Assembly: GCA_017467265.1 (NCBI GenBank)
Contig: JAFTSO010000050.1
Location: forward strand, 11,532-75,531
Direction of reading: 5' to 3'
Length of the DNA stretch: 64,000 nucleotides
Source of the DNA: Clostridia bacterium
GTDB lineage: Bacteria > Bacillota > Clostridia > Christensenellales > Borkfalkiaceae
Every line of letters begins with the position of its first letter. The stretch's first letter is position 1. The notes beneath the pieces were generated by a model. The model ran no database searches, was not told the DNA's origin, and saw only the letters and a list, made by a program, of their open reading frames with translations. Positions 33,830-42,704 of this stretch are shown here, one piece after another. Position numbers and translations under genes: made by a program.

Positions 33830-34877
33830 GAAAGGGATCTGTATCGCACTCTTTTTGCTGTTGTCGGTGCTCTCCGTCGGGAGTTTTTCCGCGTTTATGT
33901 GGCACAATCCGTCCAAGGAAGCGAACGGCAGAGTGGCGTACCAGTCTTCGGGGCTTATCCAGCTAAAACGGGGCGAGAAGATTTCGTTTGCGGACGCGTT
34001 GGAGATTTCGGGTACGAAGGAAAAGTACGAAGAGCTGTCGCAGCGATACGAAAACACGTTGAAGGTGCACGATCAGAGCGCGTATCATTTGACGATCGAC
34101 AGACTGAACGAGAAAGCGGAAGACGTTACGAAAATGGTATATATCGACGAAGACGGGTACATACGCGGCGTGCAGACGGGGGTGTATCAGCTGGAATATA
34201 CCTTTGGGGTGGCGTATGATCCCATCGCGAAAAAGGAATCGTATAACGCATATACGTTCAATTTTTTGATCTGCGTATATGAAGGCGATGAAGATAAATT
34301 CCAGCCGTTGCCCGATACCCCTGCCGCGATGCGAGAGGATAACGCATACGGAAAAAATAATTATATTTTGACGAAGGATATAACGTGGTATGCCGAAGAT
34401 CTCTGGACGGTCGGTTTGTTCTACGGCACGCTCATCAATCCCCACGGCTACACGTTGACGTGGAATATCGATCGGGAAAATTCCTACCTGCATAGCAACG
34501 ATACGAAGGCTTTGTTTGGTATAAACAAGGGGTATATCGACGGATTGAAGGTGCGCGTGGTCTGCGAGCAAGACAATCCCGTGACGAACGTCGATTTTTA
34601 CGGCTTGGTAGAACAAAATCACGGCGTTTTGCAAAATTGTACAATCGAAGGCACGGTGTATATCTGCAACGAAACCAAAGAGCCGTATCAGTATTTTTAC
34701 GCGTTGCCGATGCACGGTTTTTCTTATAACAACCGAGCAAACATGGCGGTGTGGGCGTATGGGGATTGTCTGATCTACGAGGGCAATAAAAACGGCGTTA
34801 GCGATTCTAAGTTCTCGCATCGTGTATGGCAGGAAAAGAATAACGTGGCGGTATTACAATGGGGGTATTACGATTAA
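33813..34877 (+). CDS. Secreted or signal-anchored hypothetical protein with GLUG-like beta-helix-type repeats
   Basis: AAAGGAG lies upstream of the ATG at 33813. N-terminus MRLKIKKGICIALFLLLSVLSVGSFSAF. Repeated 'GLFYGTLINPHGYTL / LFGINKGYIDGLKV / FYGLVEQNHGVLQNCTIEG' pattern. The ORF track lists a longer version from 33735. Confidence 0.6.
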   Translation: MRLKIKKGICIALFLLLSVLSVGSFSAFMWHNPSKEANGRVAYQSSGLIQLKRGEKISFADALEISGTKEKYEELSQRYENTLKVHDQSAYHLTIDRLNEKAEDVTKMVYIDEDGYIRGVQTGVYQLEYTFGVAYDPIAKKESYNAYTFNFLICVYEGDEDKFQPLPDTPAAMREDNAYGKNNYILTKDITWYAEDLWTVGLFYGTLINPHGYTLTWNIDRENSYLHSNDTKALFGINKGYIDGLKVRVVCEQDNPVTNVDFYGLVEQNHGVLQNCTIEGTVYICNETKEPYQYFYALPMHGFSYNNRANMAVWAYGDCLIYEGNKNGVSDSKFSHRVWQEKNNVAVLQWGYYD

Positions 34878-34945
34878 AAAACGCATTGATCGCGTGACGT
34901 GTAGGGCCTTTCGATAATTTTACGAAAAAAACAGGAGAGAAAATA

Positions 34946-35806
34946 ATGGGATACGGACGGTTTATAAAACGGTGGATAGGGATTTTGCTCGCGCTGATGG
35001 TATCGGTGTGCGCGATCGCCTGTCAAAAAAAGGGGCGTGCCAAAGACCCTATCAACACGTTTTTCCTCGATCTGTACGTGACGACGGACACGGACGAAGA
35101 TCCGACGAGAGTTTACGGCGTGGAGCACAGCGGTACGCAGCCACAAATGTACCTGTATGAAATCACGGACTACCACGGCAAACCGTTCTACGCAAAGATC
35201 GGCAAGCCGCGCGAGAGATACAGCCTTTTTTCGTCCATTGACGAAAAACTGTATCGAGTGACCGATTCGCCGCTGGAAGATCCGTGGTCGTATATCTACG
35301 TACGCGACGATATCGTTTTGCGGTGGGAGATTGAAATTTTGCACGATAACGGAGCAGGGGCGTTCGTGCCCGCGTATGCAATCCGCTTGGAGTGGAAAAT
35401 TTTCATAGACGAAGATCCGCCTGTGGCGTTGGAGTACCGCGCGAAATCTTTTCCGTTGCCATACTTTGACGGGAAAAACTATCCTAGCGTGGACGTGATC
35501 CGCACGGTGGACGAGTTGGCAGCATACGCCGCACGAGAAAATATATCGCCGCCCACGTCATACGACGAGGACTTTTTTGCAGGCAGGCTCATAATCGTGT
35601 TGGAGCTGGCGACGGGCAATTCTGCCGTTCAGTATTCCGTCGTTGGCGTGGAGCAAAAAGGTGACGCGTTGAGTGTGCGTGTGGAAAACACAACGCCTGA
35701 CGGCGTGGAGGGGGCTGCTGTGATGGGCGCGGAGCTTTTTGTGATCGAGCTAGACAAAAAGGCGTTCGACGGAACGGCGGAAAACGTAGTTTTGAAAATA
35801 TCGTAA
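34946..35806 (+). CDS. Hypothetical lipoprotein; the C-terminal part resembles the PrcB_C-type domain
   Basis: Lipobox AIAC, with AGGAGAG upstream. The C-terminal FFAGRLIIVLELATGNSAVQYSVVGVEQKGDALSVRVENTTPDGV...LFVIELDKK pattern is reminiscent of protease-complex PrcB C-terminal domains. This is a tentative call by eye. Confidence 0.6.
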   Translation: MGYGRFIKRWIGILLALMVSVCAIACQKKGRAKDPINTFFLDLYVTTDTDEDPTRVYGVEHSGTQPQMYLYEITDYHGKPFYAKIGKPRERYSLFSSIDEKLYRVTDSPLEDPWSYIYVRDDIVLRWEIEILHDNGAGAFVPAYAIRLEWKIFIDEDPPVALEYRAKSFPLPYFDGKNYPSVDVIRTVDELAAYAARENISPPTSYDEDFFAGRLIIVLELATGNSAVQYSVVGVEQKGDALSVRVENTTPDGVEGAAVMGAELFVIELDKKAFDGTAENVVLKIS

Positions 35807-35824
35807 CGTTTGCAAGGGGATAAA

Positions 35825-35861
35825 GACGAGCCGAATCGCGTGCGTGAGCGGCTCGTTTTTA
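35825..35861 (+). terminator. Rho-independent terminator
   Basis: gacgagccg...cggctcgt followed by tttt. Confidence 0.7.
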
Positions 35862-35923
35862 TCGGTGGCGACGATCACCTGAAAAAAGTGTAAAAATCGC
35901 AATGTTTTTTTGTGAAAAAACTA

Positions 35924-35952
35924 TTTACAAACGCCAAAAAATGGTTTATAAT
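35924..35952 (+). promoter_or_regulatory. Sigma-A-type promoter lying 7 nt upstream of the DMT gene ATG
   Basis: TTTACA - 17 nt - TATAAT, then tcttctc, then the ATG at 35960. Confidence 0.55.
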
Positions 35953-35959
35953 TCTTCTC

Positions 35960-36883
35960 ATGGATAAATATATTTTGTTATTACTTTCGGCATTTTTGTT
36001 TTCGTCGGAATTTATATTTGTCAAGCTCTTCGAGACGAAAAACGGCTCGTCTTATACGTCTGCGCTCGCGTTTTCTTTGGGTAGCAGCGTCATCGGGCTG
36101 CCTATCCTACTGCTTTGTTTCTTTATTTGTAACGGTTGCAGTTTTTCAGGTTTGGGCGTAGGCGGATTTACGCTCGGTATGGCGGCGGCGTTAGCGCTAG
36201 TTAGCGTGGCGGCGAACGTTATCGGGATCAAAGCCGTCTCCATCGGCTCGGTGGCGGTATATACCCTGTTTATGATGCTTGGCGGCATGATCATACCCTT
36301 TTTTGTCGGCGCAGTATTTTTGGGCGAAACGGTGAAGGTTTGGTACGTGATCGCAACGGTGATGCTGACGGGCGCGCTCATCCTGCCCGTGTTTGATAAA
36401 ACACAAGGCCAAACAGGGCAAAAGGGGAAGTTTTGGCTGTTTATCGTGCTTTGTTCGCTGTTGTTTTTGCTCAATGGAGCGAATTCCACGATTGGAAATC
36501 TCCACCAAAGAAAGGCGGGGGCGAGGCTGGACGACGTGGTCGTTTTTACCGTTGTTTTTCTCATTTGGAAATATATTTTTAAGATACTCTACTGCGGCGT
36601 TTTATTCGCGACGTGCCGCGACAAGGGGAAATGCAAACTGCTCTTGGGCAGGGATTCTTGGACGATGGGAACGGGATTTGCCGCGGTACATATCGCAGCG
36701 ACGCTGTTACAGCTCTATTGCGCGATCAGCGTCAACGCGAGTTTGATGTATCCGCTCGTTACAGGCGGAACGCTCGTATTCACGCCTATTTTATCGCGCG
36801 TGATGTTCAAGGAAAAAATCAATCTGTTCGTGGCGGCGGAAATGCTGATCTCCGTGGCGGCGACGGTGTTATTCGTGTTTTAA
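35960..36883 (+). CDS. DMT/EamA-like polytopic membrane transporter
   Basis: About 10 hydrophobic helices in two halves, with Gly-rich helices typical of drug/metabolite transporters. The start is placed at the first ATG. The track's GTG at 35912 lies upstream of the promoter and has no SD. Confidence 0.65.
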   Translation: MDKYILLLLSAFLFSSEFIFVKLFETKNGSSYTSALAFSLGSSVIGLPILLLCFFICNGCSFSGLGVGGFTLGMAAALALVSVAANVIGIKAVSIGSVAVYTLFMMLGGMIIPFFVGAVFLGETVKVWYVIATVMLTGALILPVFDKTQGQTGQKGKFWLFIVLCSLLFLLNGANSTIGNLHQRKAGARLDDVVVFTVVFLIWKYIFKILYCGVLFATCRDKGKCKLLLGRDSWTMGTGFAAVHIAATLLQLYCAISVNASLMYPLVTGGTLVFTPILSRVMFKEKINLFVAAEMLISVAATVLFVF

Positions 36884-36912
36884 TCATTTGAAAAAGGAGA
36901 AGGCTTATCGTT

Positions 36913-38202
36913 ATGGAGATCAAGAAGTTGCGCGCCGTTTTGGTGGGTGCTGGCAATCGCGGCTGTGTATATGCGGATTATTCATTGCAAGCGCCTGAAG
37001 AATTAACAATCGTCGGCGTGGTAGAACCCAACGATATCCGACGGAACGATGCGGCGGCACGGTACGCCGTGGCGAAAGAACGTTGTTTTCGGGATATAGA
37101 CGAGTTTTTGCGTGCAAAGCTCGATTGTGATTTCGTCATCAATGCGACGATGGACGAAATGCATTACGACACGGCGAAGGCGTTGATGACGGCAGGGTAT
37201 AATATGCTTCTGGAAAAGCCCGTCGTGCCCAACCGCGAACAGCTGTTGCAGCTGCAGGCGATCGCCAAAGAAAAGGGCGTCAAAGTGAATATTTGCCACG
37301 TGTTGCGCTATACGCCTTTTTACAAGCGAATCAAAGAGATCATCAATGCAGGCGCAATCGGCAAGATCATGACGATGGAGCTTAACGAGCATGTTTGGAT
37401 AGCGCATTTTCTCGATTCGTTCGTGCGTGGAAAATGGAACAGCGAAAAGCGCTGCGGCAGCGGATTTTTGTTGCAAAAATCCTGTCACGATATGGATCTC
37501 ATCTGTTGGCTGAACAACGCCACACAGCCGAAAAAGGTGGTTAGCGTGGGTTCTCGCGCGCAGTTTATTCCCGAAAACGCACCCGTCGGCGCGACAGAAT
37601 TTTGTTATCATTGTCCGCACAACGATACCTGCCTGTATTCGGCGCAAAAGGTGCATTTGGAAGTGGACGGTATGCCTTTCCAGACGTGGATGGGGATGAA
37701 CAAGCCCTTGAATACGATCACGAAGGAAGACAAGGCGGCTTGGCTCAAAACGTCCGATTACGGACGTTGCGCCTACAACAGCGGCGGTGATATCAACGAT
37801 CGGCAGACGGTTAGCGTAGCGTTTGAAAACGGTTCGGTTGCTTCGTTCACGATGGTTGGCGGCACGAACAAACCGGGGCGGTATATCCATATCTGCGGCA
37901 CGAAAGGTGAAGTGGAAGGGCGTTTGGAAGAAGGGAAATTCGCGCTTCGCATCTTTGATCGCAGCGGCGATAAATTCTGGTATGACGAAGAGATTGTGGA
38001 CGTGAACAAAGACGTGGTAAACAGCGTGGAATACGGCGGACACGGTGGTGGCGATTATGCCATCATGTACGAGCTAGTGCGCTATTTTAACGGGGACGAA
38101 TCTTCCGTTTCGATTACGACGATCGACGATTCCGTCAACGGGCATTTGGTCGTGTATGCGGCGGAAGAGAGCGTAAAGACGGACAAAGCGGTATGTGTAT
38201 AA
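36913..38202 (+). CDS. Gfo/Idh/MocA-family NAD(P)-dependent oxidoreductase
   Basis: N-terminal Rossmann motif LRAVLVGAGNRGCVY, EKP motif (LLEKPV), and a conserved ...CHVLRYTPFY... block. AAGGAGAAGG lies upstream. Confidence 0.85.
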   Translation: MEIKKLRAVLVGAGNRGCVYADYSLQAPEELTIVGVVEPNDIRRNDAAARYAVAKERCFRDIDEFLRAKLDCDFVINATMDEMHYDTAKALMTAGYNMLLEKPVVPNREQLLQLQAIAKEKGVKVNICHVLRYTPFYKRIKEIINAGAIGKIMTMELNEHVWIAHFLDSFVRGKWNSEKRCGSGFLLQKSCHDMDLICWLNNATQPKKVVSVGSRAQFIPENAPVGATEFCYHCPHNDTCLYSAQKVHLEVDGMPFQTWMGMNKPLNTITKEDKAAWLKTSDYGRCAYNSGGDINDRQTVSVAFENGSVASFTMVGGTNKPGRYIHICGTKGEVEGRLEEGKFALRIFDRSGDKFWYDEEIVDVNKDVVNSVEYGGHGGGDYAIMYELVRYFNGDESSVSITTIDDSVNGHLVVYAAEESVKTDKAVCV

Positions 38203-38256
38203 CGCGAAAGATTTTGTAGAAAAGAGCGAATACTTGCAAGAAAATGAGATCAAGCC

Positions 38257-38285
38257 TTGACAAACGAGTAAAAAAATGATACCAT
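38257..38285 (+). promoter_or_regulatory. Candidate promoter for the DUF4127-like/AGE gene pair
   Basis: TTGACA - 17 nt - TACCAT, with TGa upstream of the -10 (extended -10). Confidence 0.45.
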
Positions 38286-38304
38286 AGTTTTGTGGAGAAA
38301 GAAT

Positions 38305-39798
38305 ATGAAGAAAGTTGTGTATTTACCTTTAGATGAAAGACCTTGCAATTATTCTTTCGTTAATTTTTTAAGTGAAAAGCAGAAAAATTACCGTTTGATC
38401 AGTCCGAATTTGGACGAAATGGGGGATAAAAAGATTCCTGCCGATTATGAAAAGATCAAGGCGTTTTTGCTGCGTGAGTGTGCGGACGCGGACTATCTCG
38501 TGATTGCGGTGGATACTCTTTTATACGGGGGGATTATTCCGTCCAGATTGCACCGTTTATCCAAGGAAACCTTGGAAGAAAGGTTGAACGTATTGGTGGA
38601 AATCAAAAAACGCAATCCAAAAATGACGGTGTACGGATTTTCGCTCGTGATGCGCTGTCCTTGCTATTCGGACGCGGACGAAGAGCCTGATTATTACGGC
38701 GTTTGCGGTCTGGAAATTTTCGAGTACGGTCAAAACGAACATAAATTTAAGGACGGCAAAATCAGCGAGGCGGAATATCTTGCGGAAAAAGCGCGATTAA
38801 AGGTGGTAGAGCCGTACCTTGACGATTATCTCACACGCCGTCAATGCAATATCGAGTTGTTTATGAAAACGCTGGATTTGGTGGGGGACGTGTTCGAATC
38901 GTTCGTCATTTTGCAGGACGATTCTAATCCCTGTGGATTTACGGCGATGGATCAGGCGAAGGTTCGCAAGATGGTTGCCGAGAAAAATTTGAAGGTGGAT
39001 ATTTATCCGGGTGCGGACGAGGGCGGCATGACCTTGCTTGCGCGCGTGGTGGCGGATATGGAAGGGTATGCCCCGAAAATCTGTCCCGTCTATCCAAAAG
39101 AACAATGTAAAAACGTGATTCCCTTATACGAAGACCGTGAAGTGTATAAGACGATTAAATTGCAGATCGAAAGCGCGGGCGGTCAGCTTTGCGAAAACGA
39201 AGAAAAGGCGGATATTTTGCTCTTTTGCAATTTGCCCGTGGGCAAGGTACAAAACATTTCTATGCCCCACGGTCGGCAGTATTACGACCGCGATTTGCCC
39301 GCGTATATCGCCCGTATGAAAAAGGCAGTGGAAGAGGGCAAAGGGGTTGCGGTGGCGGATATCGCCTATTGCAACGGAGCGGACGTGCGGCTGTGTGAAC
39401 GGATTACGCAAGAAATCGGGTTCTTTAACCTGTGGGGTTTTGCTGGCTGGAACACTTCGTCCAACACCTTGGGCACGGTCATTTGTCAGGCGATACTCCG
39501 CTATTTTTACGGCGACACGCCCACGCATCGTAAATTTACGGCGGAGCGTATGTACGAGGATATCGGTTATTGTGCGTACGTGCGTAAGCAGATTTGGGAT
39601 TACGAAGTGGAAAAAATGGGATATAAGTACGAGGATACGAAAGAGCAAGTGGGCGAAGTGAGCGCACGTGTAGAAGAACTTCTTAACGAGTATATGTCTG
39701 CGAATTATCCCGAATTGACCGACCGCTATAAGATCGAAAAATGCTATTTGCCTTGGCGCAGAATGTTTGAGGTCGGCTTAATTATCGAAGAAAAATAA
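38305..39798 (+). CDS. DUF4127-like protein of unknown function
   Basis: GGAGAAAG lies upstream of the ATG at 38305. The N-terminal VVYLPLDERPCNY is what I remember as the hallmark start of DUF4127-family proteins. About 497 aa. Confidence 0.65.
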   Translation: MKKVVYLPLDERPCNYSFVNFLSEKQKNYRLISPNLDEMGDKKIPADYEKIKAFLLRECADADYLVIAVDTLLYGGIIPSRLHRLSKETLEERLNVLVEIKKRNPKMTVYGFSLVMRCPCYSDADEEPDYYGVCGLEIFEYGQNEHKFKDGKISEAEYLAEKARLKVVEPYLDDYLTRRQCNIELFMKTLDLVGDVFESFVILQDDSNPCGFTAMDQAKVRKMVAEKNLKVDIYPGADEGGMTLLARVVADMEGYAPKICPVYPKEQCKNVIPLYEDREVYKTIKLQIESAGGQLCENEEKADILLFCNLPVGKVQNISMPHGRQYYDRDLPAYIARMKKAVEEGKGVAVADIAYCNGADVRLCERITQEIGFFNLWGFAGWNTSSNTLGTVICQAILRYFYGDTPTHRKFTAERMYEDIGYCAYVRKQIWDYEVEKMGYKYEDTKEQVGEVSARVEELLNEYMSANYPELTDRYKIEKCYLPWRRMFEVGLIIEEK

Positions 39799-39821
39799 AT
39801 AAAAAGGATACATATAATATT

Positions 39822-41030
39822 ATGAAACAAACGGTAAATGAACTGAAAAATTTTTATTACGACGCGCTTTTTAACGACGTAGTGCCCTTTTGGATGAATT
39901 CCGATCTTATTGACAAGAAATACGGCGGCTTTATCACGAGCGTGGATAGACAGGGCAAATCGTATAACGACGACAAGAGCGTATGGTTTCAGGGTAGATG
40001 CCTTTGGACGTTTTCCAAACTGTGCAACGTGTACGGTGTAAATAAGGACTGGGCTGAGGCGGCAGATTTGGGCGCAAAATTTATCAAGGACCACTGCATC
40101 GATACCGACGGCAGAATGTTTTTCACGGTCACGCGCGACGGTCAACCGCTTAGAAAACGTCGTTATTTCTTCTCGGAGAGCTTTTTGGTGGTCGGTTTTG
40201 CCGAATACTATATGCTGCGTAAAAACCCCGAAGATCTGGCTTTGGCGGTGAAATATTTTGATTTTATGTGGGATATGTATTGCGATCCTGCCGCTGATCC
40301 GTTCAAGATCACGCCGAAGGAAAACGGCGAAATCCGTCCTTTGCACTCCAATACCAACCCGATGGTTTTGGTCAGCTCTGCGCAGACGTTGCGCCGTATC
40401 ACGGGCAATCACGAATATTACGATAACATCATCAAAAAGATCGTTGCCGATATGATGAATTTGCATTATAAGGAAGACCTGAAATGCGTTCTGGAAACGG
40501 TCTATACGGACGGGAGTATTTTGGATAATCCCGTTGGGCGCACGATCAACCCCGGGCACTCCATTGAAAATTCGTGGTTCTTGATGAACGCGGCGGTGCA
40601 GACGGGGGATAAAACGTTGCTCAAACAGGCGCTGAATATTCTCGATTGGTCGCTGGATATCGGTTGGGATGAACAATACGGCGGTATTTATTATTTCCGC
40701 GACGTGTACGGCAGACCTTGTGAACAGCTGGAACACGATATGAAACTGTGGTGGGTGCATAACGAAGCGCTGATTGCAACGCTGGTAGCGTACAAAATCA
40801 CGGGCGATGAAAAATATTCCGCTTGGTACGATAAATTGCACGAATATATTTTTAGCCATTTCTCGGACAAGGAATACGGCGAGTGGTACGGGTATCTGCA
40901 CCGCGACGGCACGGTATCGCACGAACAGAAAGGCTCGCTGTGGAAAGGTCCTTATCATTTGCTCCGCTGCCTGATTTTGTGTGAACAGATCTTGGCGAAC
41001 TGGGATAACGAGCTGCCTGCGCTGCTGTAA
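39822..41030 (+). CDS. AGE-family epimerase/isomerase (N-acylglucosamine 2-epimerase / cellobiose 2-epimerase superfamily)
   Basis: Alpha/alpha-barrel motifs VWFQGRCLWTFSKL, NPGHSIENSWFLM, LWWVHNEALIA, GEWYGYLHRDG and KGPYHLLR. Confidence 0.85.
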   Translation: MKQTVNELKNFYYDALFNDVVPFWMNSDLIDKKYGGFITSVDRQGKSYNDDKSVWFQGRCLWTFSKLCNVYGVNKDWAEAADLGAKFIKDHCIDTDGRMFFTVTRDGQPLRKRRYFFSESFLVVGFAEYYMLRKNPEDLALAVKYFDFMWDMYCDPAADPFKITPKENGEIRPLHSNTNPMVLVSSAQTLRRITGNHEYYDNIIKKIVADMMNLHYKEDLKCVLETVYTDGSILDNPVGRTINPGHSIENSWFLMNAAVQTGDKTLLKQALNILDWSLDIGWDEQYGGIYYFRDVYGRPCEQLEHDMKLWWVHNEALIATLVAYKITGDEKYSAWYDKLHEYIFSHFSDKEYGEWYGYLHRDGTVSHEQKGSLWKGPYHLLRCLILCEQILANWDNELPALL

Positions 41031-41053
41031 TTAGCGGCAAAGCTCGGCTTATA

Positions 41054-41084
41054 AAAGCAAAACAAAAACCGCTCTTTTTTCGGG
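41054..41084 (+). terminator. Rho-independent terminator after the AGE gene
   Basis: aaccgctc-ttttttc-ggggcggtt followed by tttt. Confidence 0.7.
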
Positions 41085-41126
41085 GCGGTTTTTTCGTGAA
41101 CAAAGGAGGGTTTTTTCAGAAAACAC

Positions 41127-41155
41127 TTGACACGCGTTTATAGATAAGGTATAAT
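41127..41155 (+). promoter_or_regulatory. Consensus sigma-A promoter for fabK-fabZ-degV
   Basis: TTGACA - 17 nt - TATAAT (both hexamers perfect). A ~115-nt leader precedes the ATG at 41275. Confidence 0.7.
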
Positions 41156-41274
41156 ATTTTTAGATCAAAAGCGGCGTTTAGGGGTGGATAATACCCAAAA
41201 GTGGCAATAATATGTAGAAAAAACAACAAAAAGAGAGGGACAGCGCGTGTAAGGCGTGCGTAGGAGAAAGCGTT

Positions 41275-42222
41275 ATGATCAAGAGCAGAATTTGCGATAT
41301 TTTAGGGATCAAATACCCCGTATTTCAGGGGGGTATGGCTTGGGTAGCGGACGCGGATTTGGCGGCGGCAGTATCCAACGCAGGCGGTTTGGGAATTATC
41401 GCAGGGATGAATATGAACGGGGAACAGCTCCGCGCGGAGATCAAGAAAGTGCGTGCGAAAACGGACAAGCCGTTCGGCGTGAACGTGATGCTGATGAGCC
41501 CGTACACTCCCGAAGTGGCGGAAGTGATTATCGAAGAGAACGTGCCCGTAGTGACGACGGGTGCAGGCAACCCTTTGGCATATATTAAAAAGTGGCTGGA
41601 CGCAGGGGTGAAGGTGATCCCCGTGGTGGCGTCGGTGGCTCTGGCAAAGATGGTGGCAAAGCGCGGCGCGACGGCGGTCGTTGCCGAAGGCGGTGAAAGC
41701 GGCGGCCATATCGGCGAAGCGCACACGTTGCCACTCGTGCCGCAAGTGGTGGACGCGGTAGATATTCCCGTGATCGCCGCAGGCGGTATTGCAGACGGCA
41801 GGGGCATGGCGGCGGCGCTGATGCTGGGTGCGGAAGGCGTGCAGATGGGCACGGCGTTCTTGGTGGCGAAGGAGTGCAACGTGCACCAGACGTATAAGGA
41901 CAGAGTGATCAAGGCAGGGGATGCGGACACGGTAGTGAACGGCAGAAAGGTAGGACATCCTGCGCGTGCCTTGAAAAATCCGTTTACCCGTTCGTTTAGC
42001 GATTTGGAGAACGGAGCGAACGTGACGGACGAAGAAATTATGGCATACGGCACGGGGGCTTTACGCCGTGCTGTGCAGGACGGCGACTGGGAAACGGGTT
42101 CGTTCCTGTGCGGTCAGATTGCAGGGCTGATTAAGGAAGAGCGGTCTTGTCAAGAGATTGTGGAGCGTATCGTAGCGGAAACGGAAACGATCTTAAAAAG
42201 CGCGGCGGCGCGTTGCGAGTAA
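41275..42222 (+). CDS. fabK: Enoyl-ACP reductase II (FabK; NPD/nitronate monooxygenase-fold flavoprotein)
   Basis: N-terminus ICDILGIKYPVFQGGMAWVADADLAAAVSNAGGLGIIA, GGESGGHIG and PVIAAGGIADGRG motifs. Followed directly by fabZ. Confidence 0.8.
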   Translation: MIKSRICDILGIKYPVFQGGMAWVADADLAAAVSNAGGLGIIAGMNMNGEQLRAEIKKVRAKTDKPFGVNVMLMSPYTPEVAEVIIEENVPVVTTGAGNPLAYIKKWLDAGVKVIPVVASVALAKMVAKRGATAVVAEGGESGGHIGEAHTLPLVPQVVDAVDIPVIAAGGIADGRGMAAALMLGAEGVQMGTAFLVAKECNVHQTYKDRVIKAGDADTVVNGRKVGHPARALKNPFTRSFSDLENGANVTDEEIMAYGTGALRRAVQDGDWETGSFLCGQIAGLIKEERSCQEIVERIVAETETILKSAAARCE

Positions 42223-42240
42223 TCGTAGGGGGATAGCCAA

Positions 42241-42684
42241 ATGACGAGAGAAGAAATCAAAGAAATTATACCGCATAGAGAGCCGATGCTGCTCGTGGAC
42301 GAAATCCACGCCAACGACGACGGAACGGTGACAGGTACGTACACGGTACGCGGTGACGAGTTCTTTTTGCAGGGACACTTCCCTGGAAACCCGATCGTAC
42401 CGGGGGTGATTTTGTGTGAAATGGCGGCGCAATGCTCCTGCCTTTTGATGGCGGACAAAGTAAAGGGTAAGACGACGCTGTACGCAGGGATGAACAACGT
42501 AAAATTTAAAAATCCCGTGCGCCCGGGCGACACGGTGGCGTTCACGTGCACGGCGGTGAAATCGATCGGACCTTTCCATTTTATGAAAGCGGTGGGGTAT
42601 AACGGCGACAAGCTGGCGTTAAGCGGTGAGTTTTCCTTTGCGCTCATCGACAACGACAAGGTAAAGGCGGCGGAAAATCAATAA
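42241..42684 (+). CDS. fabZ: 3-hydroxyacyl-ACP dehydratase FabZ
   Basis: IPHREPMLLVDEI and GHFPGNPIVPGVILCEMAAQ hotdog-fold motifs. Confidence 0.85.
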   Translation: MTREEIKEIIPHREPMLLVDEIHANDDGTVTGTYTVRGDEFFLQGHFPGNPIVPGVILCEMAAQCSCLLMADKVKGKTTLYAGMNNVKFKNPVRPGDTVAFTCTAVKSIGPFHFMKAVGYNGDKLALSGEFSFALIDNDKVKAAENQ

Positions 42685-42704
42685 CAACGGGAGAATAATC
42701 AAAT

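Noticed and set aside
35912-35959. GTG start for the DMT transporter, 16 codons upstream of the first ATG.
   Set aside because: It has no SD. The codons overlap the TTTACA-17-TATAAT promoter, and the added residues (MKKLFTNAKKWFIILL) are not needed for the first TM helix. It is kept as an alternative only.
41256-41588. 110-aa ORF overlapping the start of fabK in another frame, and the 218/242-aa antisense ORFs across fabK.
   Set aside because: FabK motifs unambiguously define the coding frame. The alternatives are Arg/Gly-rich shadows.
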